This document shows, piece after piece, positions 50,396 through 59,519 of a stretch of DNA of 64,000 bases; position 1 is the first letter of the stretch, and the number at the start of each line of letters is the position of its first letter. Position numbers and translations under genes: made by a program. Where the stretch lies: the NCBI GenBank assembly GCA_949529985.1, contig CATIRS010000049.1, positions 118,367 to 182,366 of the forward strand, in the 5' to 3' direction. Source of the stretch: Owenweeksia sp. TMED14 (lineage in GTDB: Bacteria > Bacteroidota > Bacteroidia > Flavobacteriales > Schleiferiaceae). Below the pieces are notes generated by a model, which had not been told where the DNA came from, made no database searches, and saw only the letters and a list, made by a program, of their open reading frames with translations.

Positions 50396-51481
50396 ATGAA
50401 ACATAATTATGCCATAATAATGGCTGGAGGAGTCGGTAGTCGATTCTGGCCAACCAGTACATCGCGTCGTCCCAAACAATTTCTTGATATTCTAGGGACA
50501 GGTGAAAGCCTACTTCAGCAAACCTTTAGAAGAATATCCGGTGTGATTCCAAACGAAAATATATTGGTTGTAACTAAATCTGACTACACCGAATTATGTG
50601 CCCAACAATTACCTGATATCCTTGTAGATAATATTATTTCTGAGCCTATCAGAAGAAATACGGCCCCATGCATTGCTTTAGCAGCATTTAAATTAAAAAA
50701 ACGCGACCCTCTTGCTAATTTTATTATTACTCCTGCAGATCATTTAATTACAAATGAATCTGAGTTTGAAAGAATAATCAATCTTGGACTGGTGACAACT
50801 TTTTCAAATAATATATTGCTAACCATTGGGATTTCTCCGAGAAATCCAGAGACTGGATATGGTTATATTCAGTACAAAACTGAAGACCATAAATTTGATC
50901 AGGAGATCAAAACAGTAAAAACATTTACAGAGAAACCGGAACTTGAATTAGCAAAATCTTTTTTAGCAACGGGAGAGTTTCTTTGGAATTCAGGAATATT
51001 CATTTGGAATGCTAATGCCATCCTAAGCGCATTTGAAAAACACATGCCTGATCTGTATGGTTTATTTGATGAAGGCTGGGAGAAACTAAATGGTCCTGAG
51101 GAAGAAGCATTTATTGAAGCCATATACTCACAGTGTCCTAATGAATCTATTGACTTTGGAATACTGGAAAAAGTGGCCCAAGTATTTGTACTACCTGGAG
51201 ATTTTGGCTGGAGTGATTTAGGTTCTTGGGGAGCTATTTATGATCAAAGTCAATCTGACAATCAAGGGAATGTAGGCCTTACTGATAACATACTCCCATA
51301 TAATTCTTCTGGGAATATTTTTTCCATCCCCAAAGATATTGTTGCTGTTATTGATGGGCTCGAAGACTTTATAGTCGTGCAATCTGAGAAACGACTCCTT
51401 ATTTGCCCAAAAGAAAACGAGCAAAAAATTAAACAGTTCGTCACAGATGTAAAAGTAAAATTAGGAGAAAATCTAGTGTGA
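50396..51481 (+). CDS. Mannose-1-phosphate guanylyltransferase (nucleotidyltransferase family)
   Basis: 361 aa. IIMAGGVGSRFWPTS pyrophosphorylase signature, with EKP and WNSGIF motifs. Confidence 0.85.
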   Translation: MKHNYAIIMAGGVGSRFWPTSTSRRPKQFLDILGTGESLLQQTFRRISGVIPNENILVVTKSDYTELCAQQLPDILVDNIISEPIRRNTAPCIALAAFKLKKRDPLANFIITPADHLITNESEFERIINLGLVTTFSNNILLTIGISPRNPETGYGYIQYKTEDHKFDQEIKTVKTFTEKPELELAKSFLATGEFLWNSGIFIWNANAILSAFEKHMPDLYGLFDEGWEKLNGPEEEAFIEAIYSQCPNESIDFGILEKVAQVFVLPGDFGWSDLGSWGAIYDQSQSDNQGNVGLTDNILPYNSSGNIFSIPKDIVAVIDGLEDFIVVQSEKRLLICPKENEQKIKQFVTDVKVKLGENLV

Positions 51482-51492
51482 AAAAAAACTCA

Positions 51493-51675
51493 TTATGGTT
51501 TTTCTAAATCGTTTTCTGGTTTATGGCCGATCCATTTGTAGAGCATCTTCGGAGCAAATTTCTCTAAGCCAACCAATGTAAGCCAATAACCAACAAACAA
51601 GCCTAGGAATAAAAGCATGCTAAACCCAGTAAGCATTATTAATAAAGCAATTAAGAATCCGATAAACTTGGCCAT
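51493..51675 (-). CDS. Small two-TM membrane protein (unknown function)
   Basis: 60 aa and strongly hydrophobic (FIGFLIALLIMLTGFSMLLFLGLFVGYWL). I recognise no motif. Confidence 0.4.
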   Translation of the reverse strand: MAKFIGFLIALLIMLTGFSMLLFLGLFVGYWLTLVGLEKFAPKMLYKWIGHKPENDLEKP

Positions 51676-51734
51676 GGCGATTTGTAATTGATTCTGTGCA
51701 AATATACACTGGAAAATGACTTCATGTTAGACAC

Positions 51735-51742
51735 TACATTTG
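51735..51742 (+). promoter_or_regulatory. Candidate -7 box (TACATTTG) for fumC
   Basis: It matches TAnnTTTG, is identical to the rpsL box, and lies 41 nt upstream of the ATG at 51783. No clear -33 is seen. Confidence 0.3.
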
Positions 51743-51782
51743 TATTAATTAAATTTTTAATTTGCATTTGAATTCTCTTAAA

Positions 51783-53168
51783 ATGAAAACCCGAACAGAA
51801 AAAGACTCAATGGGTGATGTTCAAGTCCCATTTCAAGCATATTGGGGAGCTCAAACAGAACGATCACGGAAAAATTTCAAAATTGGCAACGAAGGAAGTA
51901 TGCCTAAAGAAATCATAAAAGCTTTTGCATATTTAAAAAAAGCTGCTGCGATAACAAATGCAGAATTGGGAGTTTTAGAAAAAGACAAATCAGAATTAAT
52001 TTGTCGTGTTTGTGATGAAATATTAAATGGGAAATTAAACAACGAATTCCCATTGGTTATTTGGCAAACTGGATCAGGTACTCAAAGTAATATGAATTGC
52101 AACGAAGTTATTGCCAATCGTGCTCATGTTCTAAGTGGAGGGAAATTATCTGATTCAGAAAAGATTTTACACCCAAATGATGATGTGAATAAATCACAAT
52201 CATCAAATGATACTTTTCCGACAGCAATGCACATTGCATGTTATCGGCAGGCAATAGAAATTACCAGACCCGGCCTAGTTAATTTAAGAGATTCATTGAA
52301 TACAAAATCCATAGAATTTAAAGACATTGTAAAAACAGGAAGAACTCATTTTATGGATGCCACCCCGTTAACATTAGGCCAAGAATTCAGTGGGTATGTG
52401 AAGCAATTGGATAATGGCATTAGAGCTCTAGACAATGCTGTTGTGATGGTTCTTGAATTAGCTCTTGGCGGCACAGCAGTGGGGACAGGTTTAAATACTC
52501 CGAAAGGATATTCCAAAAAAGTTGCACATGAAATCGCCACACTCACAAATATGCCGTTCGTAAGTGCTCCTAATAAATTTGAAGCATTGGCTGCACATGA
52601 CGCTATGGTTGAGCTATCTGGAGCCTTAAAACGAATAGCAGTTTCGCTCTTTAAGATAGGGAATGATATCAGAATGCTGAGCTCGGGGCCACGATCAGGA
52701 ATCGGAGAACTAATAGTACCAAACAATGAACCAGGATCATCAATCATGCCCGGTAAGGTTAATCCAACCCAACCGGAAGCTTTAACAATGGTTGCAGCGC
52801 AAGTCATGGGAAATGATGTTGCGGTAAATATAGGTGGAGCGTCTGGACATTTTGAACTCAATGTTTTTAAACCGATGATTGTCTCAAATGTTCTTAATAG
52901 TGGCCGATTAATTGGCGATGCCTGCGTAAGTTTCTCCGAAAATTGTATTAATGGTATACAGGCAAATCATAAGGTTATAAAGTCTCATCTCGAAAACTCA
53001 TTAATGCTAGTCACAGCATTAAATACTCATATTGGTTACGACAAATCCGCCAAAATTGCCAAAACAGCTTTTGATGAAAACATCACACTGCGTGAAGCCG
53101 CTTTGAAATTAAAATTTGTAACCGGAGATCAATTCGACAATTGGGTTAGGCCTGAGAATATGTGCTGA
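51783..53168 (+). CDS. fumC: Class II fumarate hydratase
   Basis: The likely start is the ATG at 51783 ([13 protein letters not shown]). [13 protein letters not shown] fumarate-lyase signature. About 461 aa. Confidence 0.95.
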   Translation: MKTRTEKDSMGDVQVPFQAYWGAQTERSRKNFKIGNEGSMPKEIIKAFAYLKKAAAITNAELGVLEKDKSELICRVCDEILNGKLNNEFPLVIWQTGSGTQSNMNCNEVIANRAHVLSGGKLSDSEKILHPNDDVNKSQSSNDTFPTAMHIACYRQAIEITRPGLVNLRDSLNTKSIEFKDIVKTGRTHFMDATPLTLGQEFSGYVKQLDNGIRALDNAVVMVLELALGGTAVGTGLNTPKGYSKKVAHEIATLTNMPFVSAPNKFEALAAHDAMVELSGALKRIAVSLFKIGNDIRMLSSGPRSGIGELIVPNNEPGSSIMPGKVNPTQPEALTMVAAQVMGNDVAVNIGGASGHFELNVFKPMIVSNVLNSGRLIGDACVSFSENCINGIQANHKVIKSHLENSLMLVTALNTHIGYDKSAKIAKTAFDENITLREAALKLKFVTGDQFDNWVRPENMC

Positions 53169-53179
53169 TCATATTTTAA

Positions 53180-53527
53180 CTACTCTAATAAACCTTCAAT
53201 TAGAGAAACTGGCCTTGCCACTACTCCCTTATTTCCAATAACAACAATGGGTCTTTGCATTAATTTGGGGAACTCTATCATAGAATAAATTAATTCTTCA
53301 TCGTTAAGTTCACTTTTTGAAAAATTTAACTTCCACTCATTTTCATTCTTTCTAATAAGATCATCAGGAGAAATATCAAGAAGCTGAATCAGATTGTCTA
53401 ATTGAGCAAAACTGAGTGGAGAATTGAAATAATCAATTATTTGCAATTCATACTTTGTATTCTGTAGATATGATAAAGCCTCCCGACTTTTCGCACATCG
53501 GCTATTGTGATAAATTATTGCTTTCAT
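53180..53527 (-). CDS. ArsC/Spx-family thioredoxin-fold protein (glutaredoxin-type arsenate reductase-like)
   Basis: 115 aa. IIYHNSRCAKSREAL resembles the ArsC HNPxCxxSR catalytic-Cys motif, and there is a QRPIV motif. Confidence 0.75.
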   Translation of the reverse strand: MKAIIYHNSRCAKSREALSYLQNTKYELQIIDYFNSPLSFAQLDNLIQLLDISPDDLIRKNENEWKLNFSKSELNDEELIYSMIEFPKLMQRPIVVIGNKGVVARPVSLIEGLLE

Positions 53528-53533
53528 TTTCTA

Positions 53534-56500
53534 TTATGGTGTATTTATCATTACATCTCCATGAGATTGAGCTGAATATCCGCATAAATTCGTCCATTTG
53601 GCAATCCAAAAATACACTCCTGACGACAGAGAATTTTGATTGTATTTACCATCCCAAATGAATTGTGGATCATTAGTTACGAATACTTTTTGACCCCAGC
53701 GATTATACACCTGTAAATCCAGGTTTGTTATAGCAGCTATATTAGAATTTAAAATCTTAAAAAAATCATTAAATCCATCATTATTTGGCGTGAACACATT
53801 CGGAAACAGAACTGAATCTGTAGCGACATTGACAGAGAAATAATCAACGAAAGAAGTATCCCAGCGGGAACATATGCTATCCCAAATTATAATATCAACA
53901 GAATATTGACCTGACCCAGGAAGCTGCCACATGACCTCTTCCCCGGTCAATGCTGGAAAAGAAAATCCGCTTGGATACCAATAAATATGAGTGCCATTAT
54001 CTGCAAGTCCTTGGGCAAAAACTATCGGCGTTAAGCCACAAGGATTAACTGTTATTTTAGTCTCAATTTCCCCTATTGGATGTCGATAATTCACAACATA
54101 AAGTACCGTGTCACTTAACCCGCAAATTGTATCAAATGCGATAACAATAACCTCAATCGGACCATATAAACGATAATAATTATGAGAAATTGATATATTA
54201 CTTAAATGACATGAAGTATCACCATCTCCCCAAAAAACGCAAAAATTATTTCCCCTAGTACTATCTGATGGGATCAAAATAACAGATAACGTAGTATCGC
54301 AATAATCATAAACAACTTCCATATTAACCCCAGGAGGACTAGGTACGGCGACATATATTATTAGACTTTGAAAATCATACGTATCGCATATTTTATCAGT
54401 TGAATAAATAGAAATTACATATAAACCAGCTTGGTTATATTGATGATTTTGACCAATCGGATTCATTACGGAGGAAGTCTGGCCATCACCCCAATCAATA
54501 AAAGATGAATCGCATCGTGATACTTGACCCATTATTTCTGCGATTGATCCAGTACAAATAGTGTCGCGATTTAAAAAGAGATCGAGATCCACTTTCTGCA
54601 TTTCAAAAGCAATCTGAACAGCCATCATATTACAATTACTCGATCCATTAATCGTAGAGTAAGCGTTATGAGGGAAAACAGGAAGATTTGAATTGCCGCC
54701 ACAGCCAGCGCAAATAGCCTGGTGAATAACACCATTTGGATCAAAGCGAGAAGTACCCCCATCCACATGTTCATCTGAATTATTTCCTCCAAAATAGCTC
54801 GCATATAGGGGAAAGCCATTCTTCCCTAAGACTAAAAAATAAAAATCACTACCATCAGTATTTTTTTGAAGAGCATCAGTTGTGCAAAAAAGTCCGTTCG
54901 TTGAACCAGCAGTATTTGTAGCGCCACCCCATCCAGAAAAGTAGAGACTTCCACACTCATCCAGCATCAAGGCAGTTGGGGATAGGTTTTGACTGATGAA
55001 ACTACTATCACCAAATGTCTGAATCCGATAGATGGAATCAAGCTCATTATTAATCCATGCAATATATTGTGATGAATTAGGCTGATACCAAGCACTATTT
55101 AAAGAAGCCAAACTGCTCTTATTATTGCCAACTATAGCTACCGAATTCGAGTCACCCACAGACTTGTATGATCCCGATTCATTATGAGCCAGTAAAAACC
55201 CAAAATCAGATCCTAAACCCCCGAAATAAGTACTTTTTTCAAGCTGACCACTGCTACTATTTACCCTAACTATCCATGCATCCTCAGCACCGGCTCTTTG
55301 AGTTTGATATGATGATATGTCTGCAAGACTATCTGACGTAGTCATACCGACAGCAAATAGATGATTTATATTTTGATTATTTAAATGAACTAACCCAAAA
55401 AAACCATCCACATTTGATCCTCCGTAATGTGAGGACCAAATCAAGGAATCTAAATCATGACTCATTTTAAACAAAACTCCATCTTGAAGTCCACCTAAAC
55501 CACTTCCATTTGTATTAGGGAAATCCATTGACCCTGTGCTAGTCGCCACGTAAATAGCATTAGAAGTAGTTAATATTTCCCCTCGAGCTTCATCTCCATA
55601 ATTCAATGTACCATATTCATTAACCCCGTCATTTCCAGCCCCACCTAGATATGTCAAACTTTTCTTTATCGAACCAGTCGAATCCAATCGTAATATAAAT
55701 ATATCGGTACCTGAACTAAATGTCTGACCTCCAGCATAAGTATTACTTCCACCATTAAATGAACTATCATAGGCATTTAATGATGTAGCCAAATTAGTGG
55801 ACCCAGAAACCCCAAGGACAAACAAGTCTCCATTTGGAGATACCATCATTGAATGAGGCTGCTCTCTATTATTACCACCAAAAAATGTCCCAGAAAGCAA
55901 TCCAGTTCCATCAGATGAAAATAGCATTAAGGCGACGTCAGTAGCTCCACCGGAAAACGAACTTTGAATTCCATTATAATAGGGGAATTGACCACCAAAA
56001 ACAATTCCTCCAGCCCATGTGCGACCATTATTATCATAAGTTGCTGTGTAACCAAAATTATCACTAACAGAACCGGAAAATGTAGAAAATCGATAAACTG
56101 GATCAATCATTATTGATCCTTTAGAATAAGGAGTCCAACTTTTTCCTTTTCCACGCCAATTCACCTTTGAAGTTCCTTTATCTGTCTTCCCAAAAGGACA
56201 GTCCAGTCGGAGTTCTCCAACTGGAAGATCAATATATAGATGGTTCGACTTCGAACGTATATCGTTGACACCTTCAAACCGACTCTCTATAATATTGAGC
56301 TGACCCGGTTTCTGACATATCCAAGATGTCTTTAACTCTCCATCAATACTGACCTCAAATTCAAGAGAAACTCCGGGGTAAAGATTGTCCATTCTTCCCT
56401 TTTTAAAGCCTTTCACATTAACAACTTCCTCTTGGCCAGAAATAAAGTAATTAAATAAGCTTCCAGTCGAATCTATTGATGACCATTTCCCTTTTGATGC

Positions 56501-56758
56501 TCCATAAAATCGTTCAGTGAACACAAATAGATCATTGGAATCATTTTTTCCAGGACCTCTAAGAGCAAACCTTAATCCATCGTCGAGAATCCATATTCTA
56601 GCATTTTCTGTTTGGAGGTGAGCTTGAACTCTTGAAGGCCATTGGCCATTGTTCGGTATAAATTGCGCCGGAGGACGTTCATGGACCAAAACTTGTGCAT
56701 TCAGGTTTCCAATTATAAAAACCAACGTTACGACTTTTAAAAATAATTGGAATCGCAT
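53534..56758 (-). CDS. Large secreted T9SS cargo protein with beta-propeller (SBBP-like) repeats, PKD-like domains and a type-B C-terminal sorting domain
   Basis: 1074 aa with a signal peptide. Repeated (Y/F)(L/F)GG-x-(G/N)-x-(D/E)-type motifs (YLGGAGNDG, YFGGLGSDFG, YFGGNNSDE, FFGGNNRE). WGDG PKD-like motifs. C-terminus FPNVFTPNNDGFNDFFKI...YNRWGQKVF...GVYFWI. Confidence 0.8.
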   Translation of the reverse strand: MRFQLFLKVVTLVFIIGNLNAQVLVHERPPAQFIPNNGQWPSRVQAHLQTENARIWILDDGLRFALRGPGKNDSNDLFVFTERFYGASKGKWSSIDSTGSLFNYFISGQEEVVNVKGFKKGRMDNLYPGVSLEFEVSIDGELKTSWICQKPGQLNIIESRFEGVNDIRSKSNHLYIDLPVGELRLDCPFGKTDKGTSKVNWRGKGKSWTPYSKGSIMIDPVYRFSTFSGSVSDNFGYTATYDNNGRTWAGGIVFGGQFPYYNGIQSSFSGGATDVALMLFSSDGTGLLSGTFFGGNNREQPHSMMVSPNGDLFVLGVSGSTNLATSLNAYDSSFNGGSNTYAGGQTFSSGTDIFILRLDSTGSIKKSLTYLGGAGNDGVNEYGTLNYGDEARGEILTTSNAIYVATSTGSMDFPNTNGSGLGGLQDGVLFKMSHDLDSLIWSSHYGGSNVDGFFGLVHLNNQNINHLFAVGMTTSDSLADISSYQTQRAGAEDAWIVRVNSSSGQLEKSTYFGGLGSDFGFLLAHNESGSYKSVGDSNSVAIVGNNKSSLASLNSAWYQPNSSQYIAWINNELDSIYRIQTFGDSSFISQNLSPTALMLDECGSLYFSGWGGATNTAGSTNGLFCTTDALQKNTDGSDFYFLVLGKNGFPLYASYFGGNNSDEHVDGGTSRFDPNGVIHQAICAGCGGNSNLPVFPHNAYSTINGSSNCNMMAVQIAFEMQKVDLDLFLNRDTICTGSIAEIMGQVSRCDSSFIDWGDGQTSSVMNPIGQNHQYNQAGLYVISIYSTDKICDTYDFQSLIIYVAVPSPPGVNMEVVYDYCDTTLSVILIPSDSTRGNNFCVFWGDGDTSCHLSNISISHNYYRLYGPIEVIVIAFDTICGLSDTVLYVVNYRHPIGEIETKITVNPCGLTPIVFAQGLADNGTHIYWYPSGFSFPALTGEEVMWQLPGSGQYSVDIIIWDSICSRWDTSFVDYFSVNVATDSVLFPNVFTPNNDGFNDFFKILNSNIAAITNLDLQVYNRWGQKVFVTNDPQFIWDGKYNQNSLSSGVYFWIAKWTNLCGYSAQSHGDVMINTP

Positions 56759-56819
56759 ATGGTCTAAGATACAAAAGTGAGTTGCATCTTTCTATAGAAA
56801 GCGTTAAACTCAGAACGCA

Positions 56820-57941
56820 TCAAAAGCTCTGCTCCAATTTATCGATATCTTTATTAGCAGTTCCGTCTGCCATTAAATAAGCTTTTAAAAATTTATCTAG
56901 GTTGCCGTCAAGAACTGAATCTGGATCTGATGATTCCTGGCCTGTTCTTACATCTTTAACAAGTTTATATGGATGCAAAATATAGTTACGAATTTGTGAC
57001 CCCCATTCAATTTTCATTTTACCAGCCTCTATATCTGACCTCTCAGCTTGCTGTTTTTGAATTTCTATTTCGTATAACTGTGACTTTAGCATTTGCATTA
57101 CTCTTGATCGATTATCATGTTGTGATCTAGTTTCTGAACAAGAAATTTTAATTCCTGTTGGTTTGTGCGTGAGCTGAACTTTTGTTTCAACTTTATTAAC
57201 ATTTTGCCCTCCAGCACCACTAGATCTAGACGTTGTAATTTCAATATCAGCAGGATTAATTTCTATCTCAATTGAATCATCTACTAAAGGATATACATAT
57301 ACTGAAACAAAACTAGTGTGTCTTTTTGCATTACTATCAAAAGGACTTATTCGAACTAGCCTGTGGACTCCGTTCTCACCTTTTAGATAACCAAACACGT
57401 AATCACCCTCAATCTCTAATGTTACTGTTTTGACACCAGCCACATCCCCTTCTTGATAATTTAATTCTCTAACCTTATATCCATTTCTTTCCGCCCACCG
57501 AAGGTACATGCGCATTAACATACCTGCCCAATCACAAGACTCAGTCCCCCCAGCTCCAGCAGTAATTTGTATCACGCAGGATAATTTATCTTCCTCACCT
57601 GATAACATATTTCTAAATTCCATATCAGCAAGCTCAGTTTCAAATTTACTGGCTGCTTCATTAACATCTATCTCTGTAATTCCACCCTGTTTGAAAAATT
57701 CTATAGACAGCTCTACTTCGCCATATAAAGATTTAATATTGTCGTAACCAAGAATCCAATACTTCATTTCTCGAATATTTTTCATGACAACCTCTGCGCG
57801 GGATGAATCCTTCCAAAAGTCTGGATCAATGGTGAGCTCTTCTTCATTTTGTAGTTGCATTCGACGATCATCTGGTCGAATAAACTTTTTTAAAGCTGTG
57901 AGTCGAAATCTAAAATCTTTTAATTGATCATTTGAAACCAT
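56820..57941 (-). CDS. prfB: Peptide chain release factor 2, encoded in a single frame
   Basis: 373 aa. SPF tripeptide ([14 protein letters not shown]) and GGQ ([12 protein letters not shown]). The full N-terminal helix is present with no in-frame stop. Confidence 0.94.
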   Translation of the reverse strand: MVSNDQLKDFRFRLTALKKFIRPDDRRMQLQNEEELTIDPDFWKDSSRAEVVMKNIREMKYWILGYDNIKSLYGEVELSIEFFKQGGITEIDVNEAASKFETELADMEFRNMLSGEEDKLSCVIQITAGAGGTESCDWAGMLMRMYLRWAERNGYKVRELNYQEGDVAGVKTVTLEIEGDYVFGYLKGENGVHRLVRISPFDSNAKRHTSFVSVYVYPLVDDSIEIEINPADIEITTSRSSGAGGQNVNKVETKVQLTHKPTGIKISCSETRSQHDNRSRVMQMLKSQLYEIEIQKQQAERSDIEAGKMKIEWGSQIRNYILHPYKLVKDVRTGQESSDPDSVLDGNLDKFLKAYLMADGTANKDIDKLEQSF

Positions 57942-57975
57942 AGGACAAAAGTACGGCGATGACTACCTTGGTTCC

Positions 57976-59004
57976 ATGGAAAATACAATAGCAGATTTTC
58001 GTTCTGATACAGTCACTAGACCTACAAAAAAAATGTTAGAAGCTATGTTTCAAGCTTCGATTGGAGATGATGTGCTTGGAGACGACCCAACAGTAAAAAA
58101 ATTAGAGAGTATAGCTTCTGAAATGTTTGGTATGGAAGCAGGTCTCTTTTGTCCATCAGGAACCATGACTAATCAAATTGCAATCAATGTTCACTGTAGA
58201 CCGGGAGAGGAATTAATTTGCTCACCTCTTTCCCATATTTACAATTATGAAGGAGGTGGAGTTGCATTTAATTCGGGTGTTCAAATTCGAACTGGTGGTG
58301 ATGCATTTGGTCGGATTTTCCCAGACGACATCCACAGACTCGTCCAACCAGAGATCGATGTGCATGCAGCGCAAAGCAGATTAGTTGTCGTAGAGAACAC
58401 CTCTAATAAAGGCGGCGGGACATGCTTAGGTCTACCTCTATTAAAGGAAGTTGAAAGTGCCGCACGATCTCATGGACTTAGCTATCATTTAGATGGAGCT
58501 AGAGTTTTTAATGCTATGGTGAATAGCGATGAATCACCCTTAGACTATAGTTTTTTTGATTCAATATCTATCTGTCTGAGTAAAGGCCTAGGGGCACCAA
58601 TAGGTTCCTTACTTCTTGGAAGTAAAAACTTCATAAGCCAAGCAAAAAGAATCAGAAAACGTTTTGGTGGAGGCATGCGACAGAGTGGATATCTGGCTGC
58701 AGCTGGTATATATGCTCTAGAAAATAATATTCAACGTTTGGTAGAAGATAATAATCTTGCGAAAAAGATCTACAATCATCTTAATCAATTAGAATTCATA
58801 ACACACATAAAGCCTGTAGAAAGCAATATTGTACTATTTAAAATTAATAGCTCTCTAAACACGACTGATTTGCATAATCATCTTTTAAGGAAAGGTGTCC
58901 AAGTTATTTCAATGGATAAAGAATGGATGCGAATAGTAACACATCTAGACATAACAAAATATCATGTTCAGTCTCTATTTGACGGTTTATCGACATTTTC
59001 ATGA
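57976..59004 (+). CDS. ltaE: Low-specificity L-threonine aldolase
   Basis: 342 aa. FRSDTVTRPT start, GDDVLGDDPT, and PLP-lysine context LSKGLGAPIGS. Confidence 0.88.
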   Translation: MENTIADFRSDTVTRPTKKMLEAMFQASIGDDVLGDDPTVKKLESIASEMFGMEAGLFCPSGTMTNQIAINVHCRPGEELICSPLSHIYNYEGGGVAFNSGVQIRTGGDAFGRIFPDDIHRLVQPEIDVHAAQSRLVVVENTSNKGGGTCLGLPLLKEVESAARSHGLSYHLDGARVFNAMVNSDESPLDYSFFDSISICLSKGLGAPIGSLLLGSKNFISQAKRIRKRFGGGMRQSGYLAAAGIYALENNIQRLVEDNNLAKKIYNHLNQLEFITHIKPVESNIVLFKINSSLNTTDLHNHLLRKGVQVISMDKEWMRIVTHLDITKYHVQSLFDGLSTFS

Positions 59005-59453
59005 ATCAACTCTTTAATCAAATCATATTCAAACCCTCTCATTTGCAAATACCTATAGGAGGCAACATCATCTGAGAATGTTTTATTACTAGAAAAACGT
59101 TTCAAAATTAATTTTCTTAATTTATTTCGATATTCAGATTCGTCTATTTCCAAAAGTCCAATTTTCAGACAATTAGATGATACTTTTTTTAAAATAAGAG
59201 CTTTCTGGATCTTTATTCGACCCCAACCTTTTATCAAAAACTTACCCCTCACAAATGCGCGTGAAAATCTCTCTTCAGACAAATAGTTCTCTTGAATTAA
59301 ATTAGAAATAATATCATCGATAAGATTAGATGAAGCGCCCATACTAATTAGTCTATTTCGCACTTCACTATGACATCTTTCCTGATAAGCACAATACTTT
59401 CTAATTACGCTTTGAAGTAGTTCAGAATCATAAATCTTATCACGTTTGAACAT
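58968..59453 (-). CDS. recX: Recombination regulator RecX
   Basis: The likely start is the ATG at 59453 (MFKRDKIYD...), giving 161 aa. YCAYQERCHSEV and RFSRAFVRGKF motifs are typical of Bacteroidota RecX. The ORF-track extension runs through the terminator hairpin. Confidence 0.75.
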   Translation of the reverse strand: MFKRDKIYDSELLQSVIRKYCAYQERCHSEVRNRLISMGASSNLIDDIISNLIQENYLSEERFSRAFVRGKFLIKGWGRIKIQKALILKKVSSNCLKIGLLEIDESEYRNKLRKLILKRFSSNKTFSDDVASYRYLQMRGFEYDLIKELIHENVDKPSNRD

Positions 59454-59469
59454 TATCTTATTTAAAATA

Positions 59470-59496
59470 GTTAAAGCGGCCAAAAGCCGCTTTAAC
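59470..59496 (-). terminator. Hairpin terminator downstream of rng
   Basis: GTTAAAGCGGC-5 nt-GCCGCTTTAAC is a perfect 11-bp stem. On the minus strand it is followed by UAUUUUAAAU. It lies between the rng stop (59520) and the recX start. Confidence 0.5.
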
Positions 59497-59519
59497 AAAT
59501 AATCATAATACGAATAACA

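Noticed and set aside
52346-52861. 171-aa ORF antisense inside fumC.
   Set aside because: It is fully embedded opposite a highly conserved fumarase core, including the GSSxMPxKxN region. It has a low-complexity, Pro/Ala/Ser-biased sequence with no recognisable motif and no independent expression signals. This is the typical shadow ORF of a conserved gene.
57850-57941. Searched the 5' region of prfB for the CUU UGA C programmed frameshift site or a second upstream mini-ORF.
   Set aside because: None is present. The N-terminal helix is encoded continuously in the same frame, so this is reported as an absence rather than as a frameshift feature.
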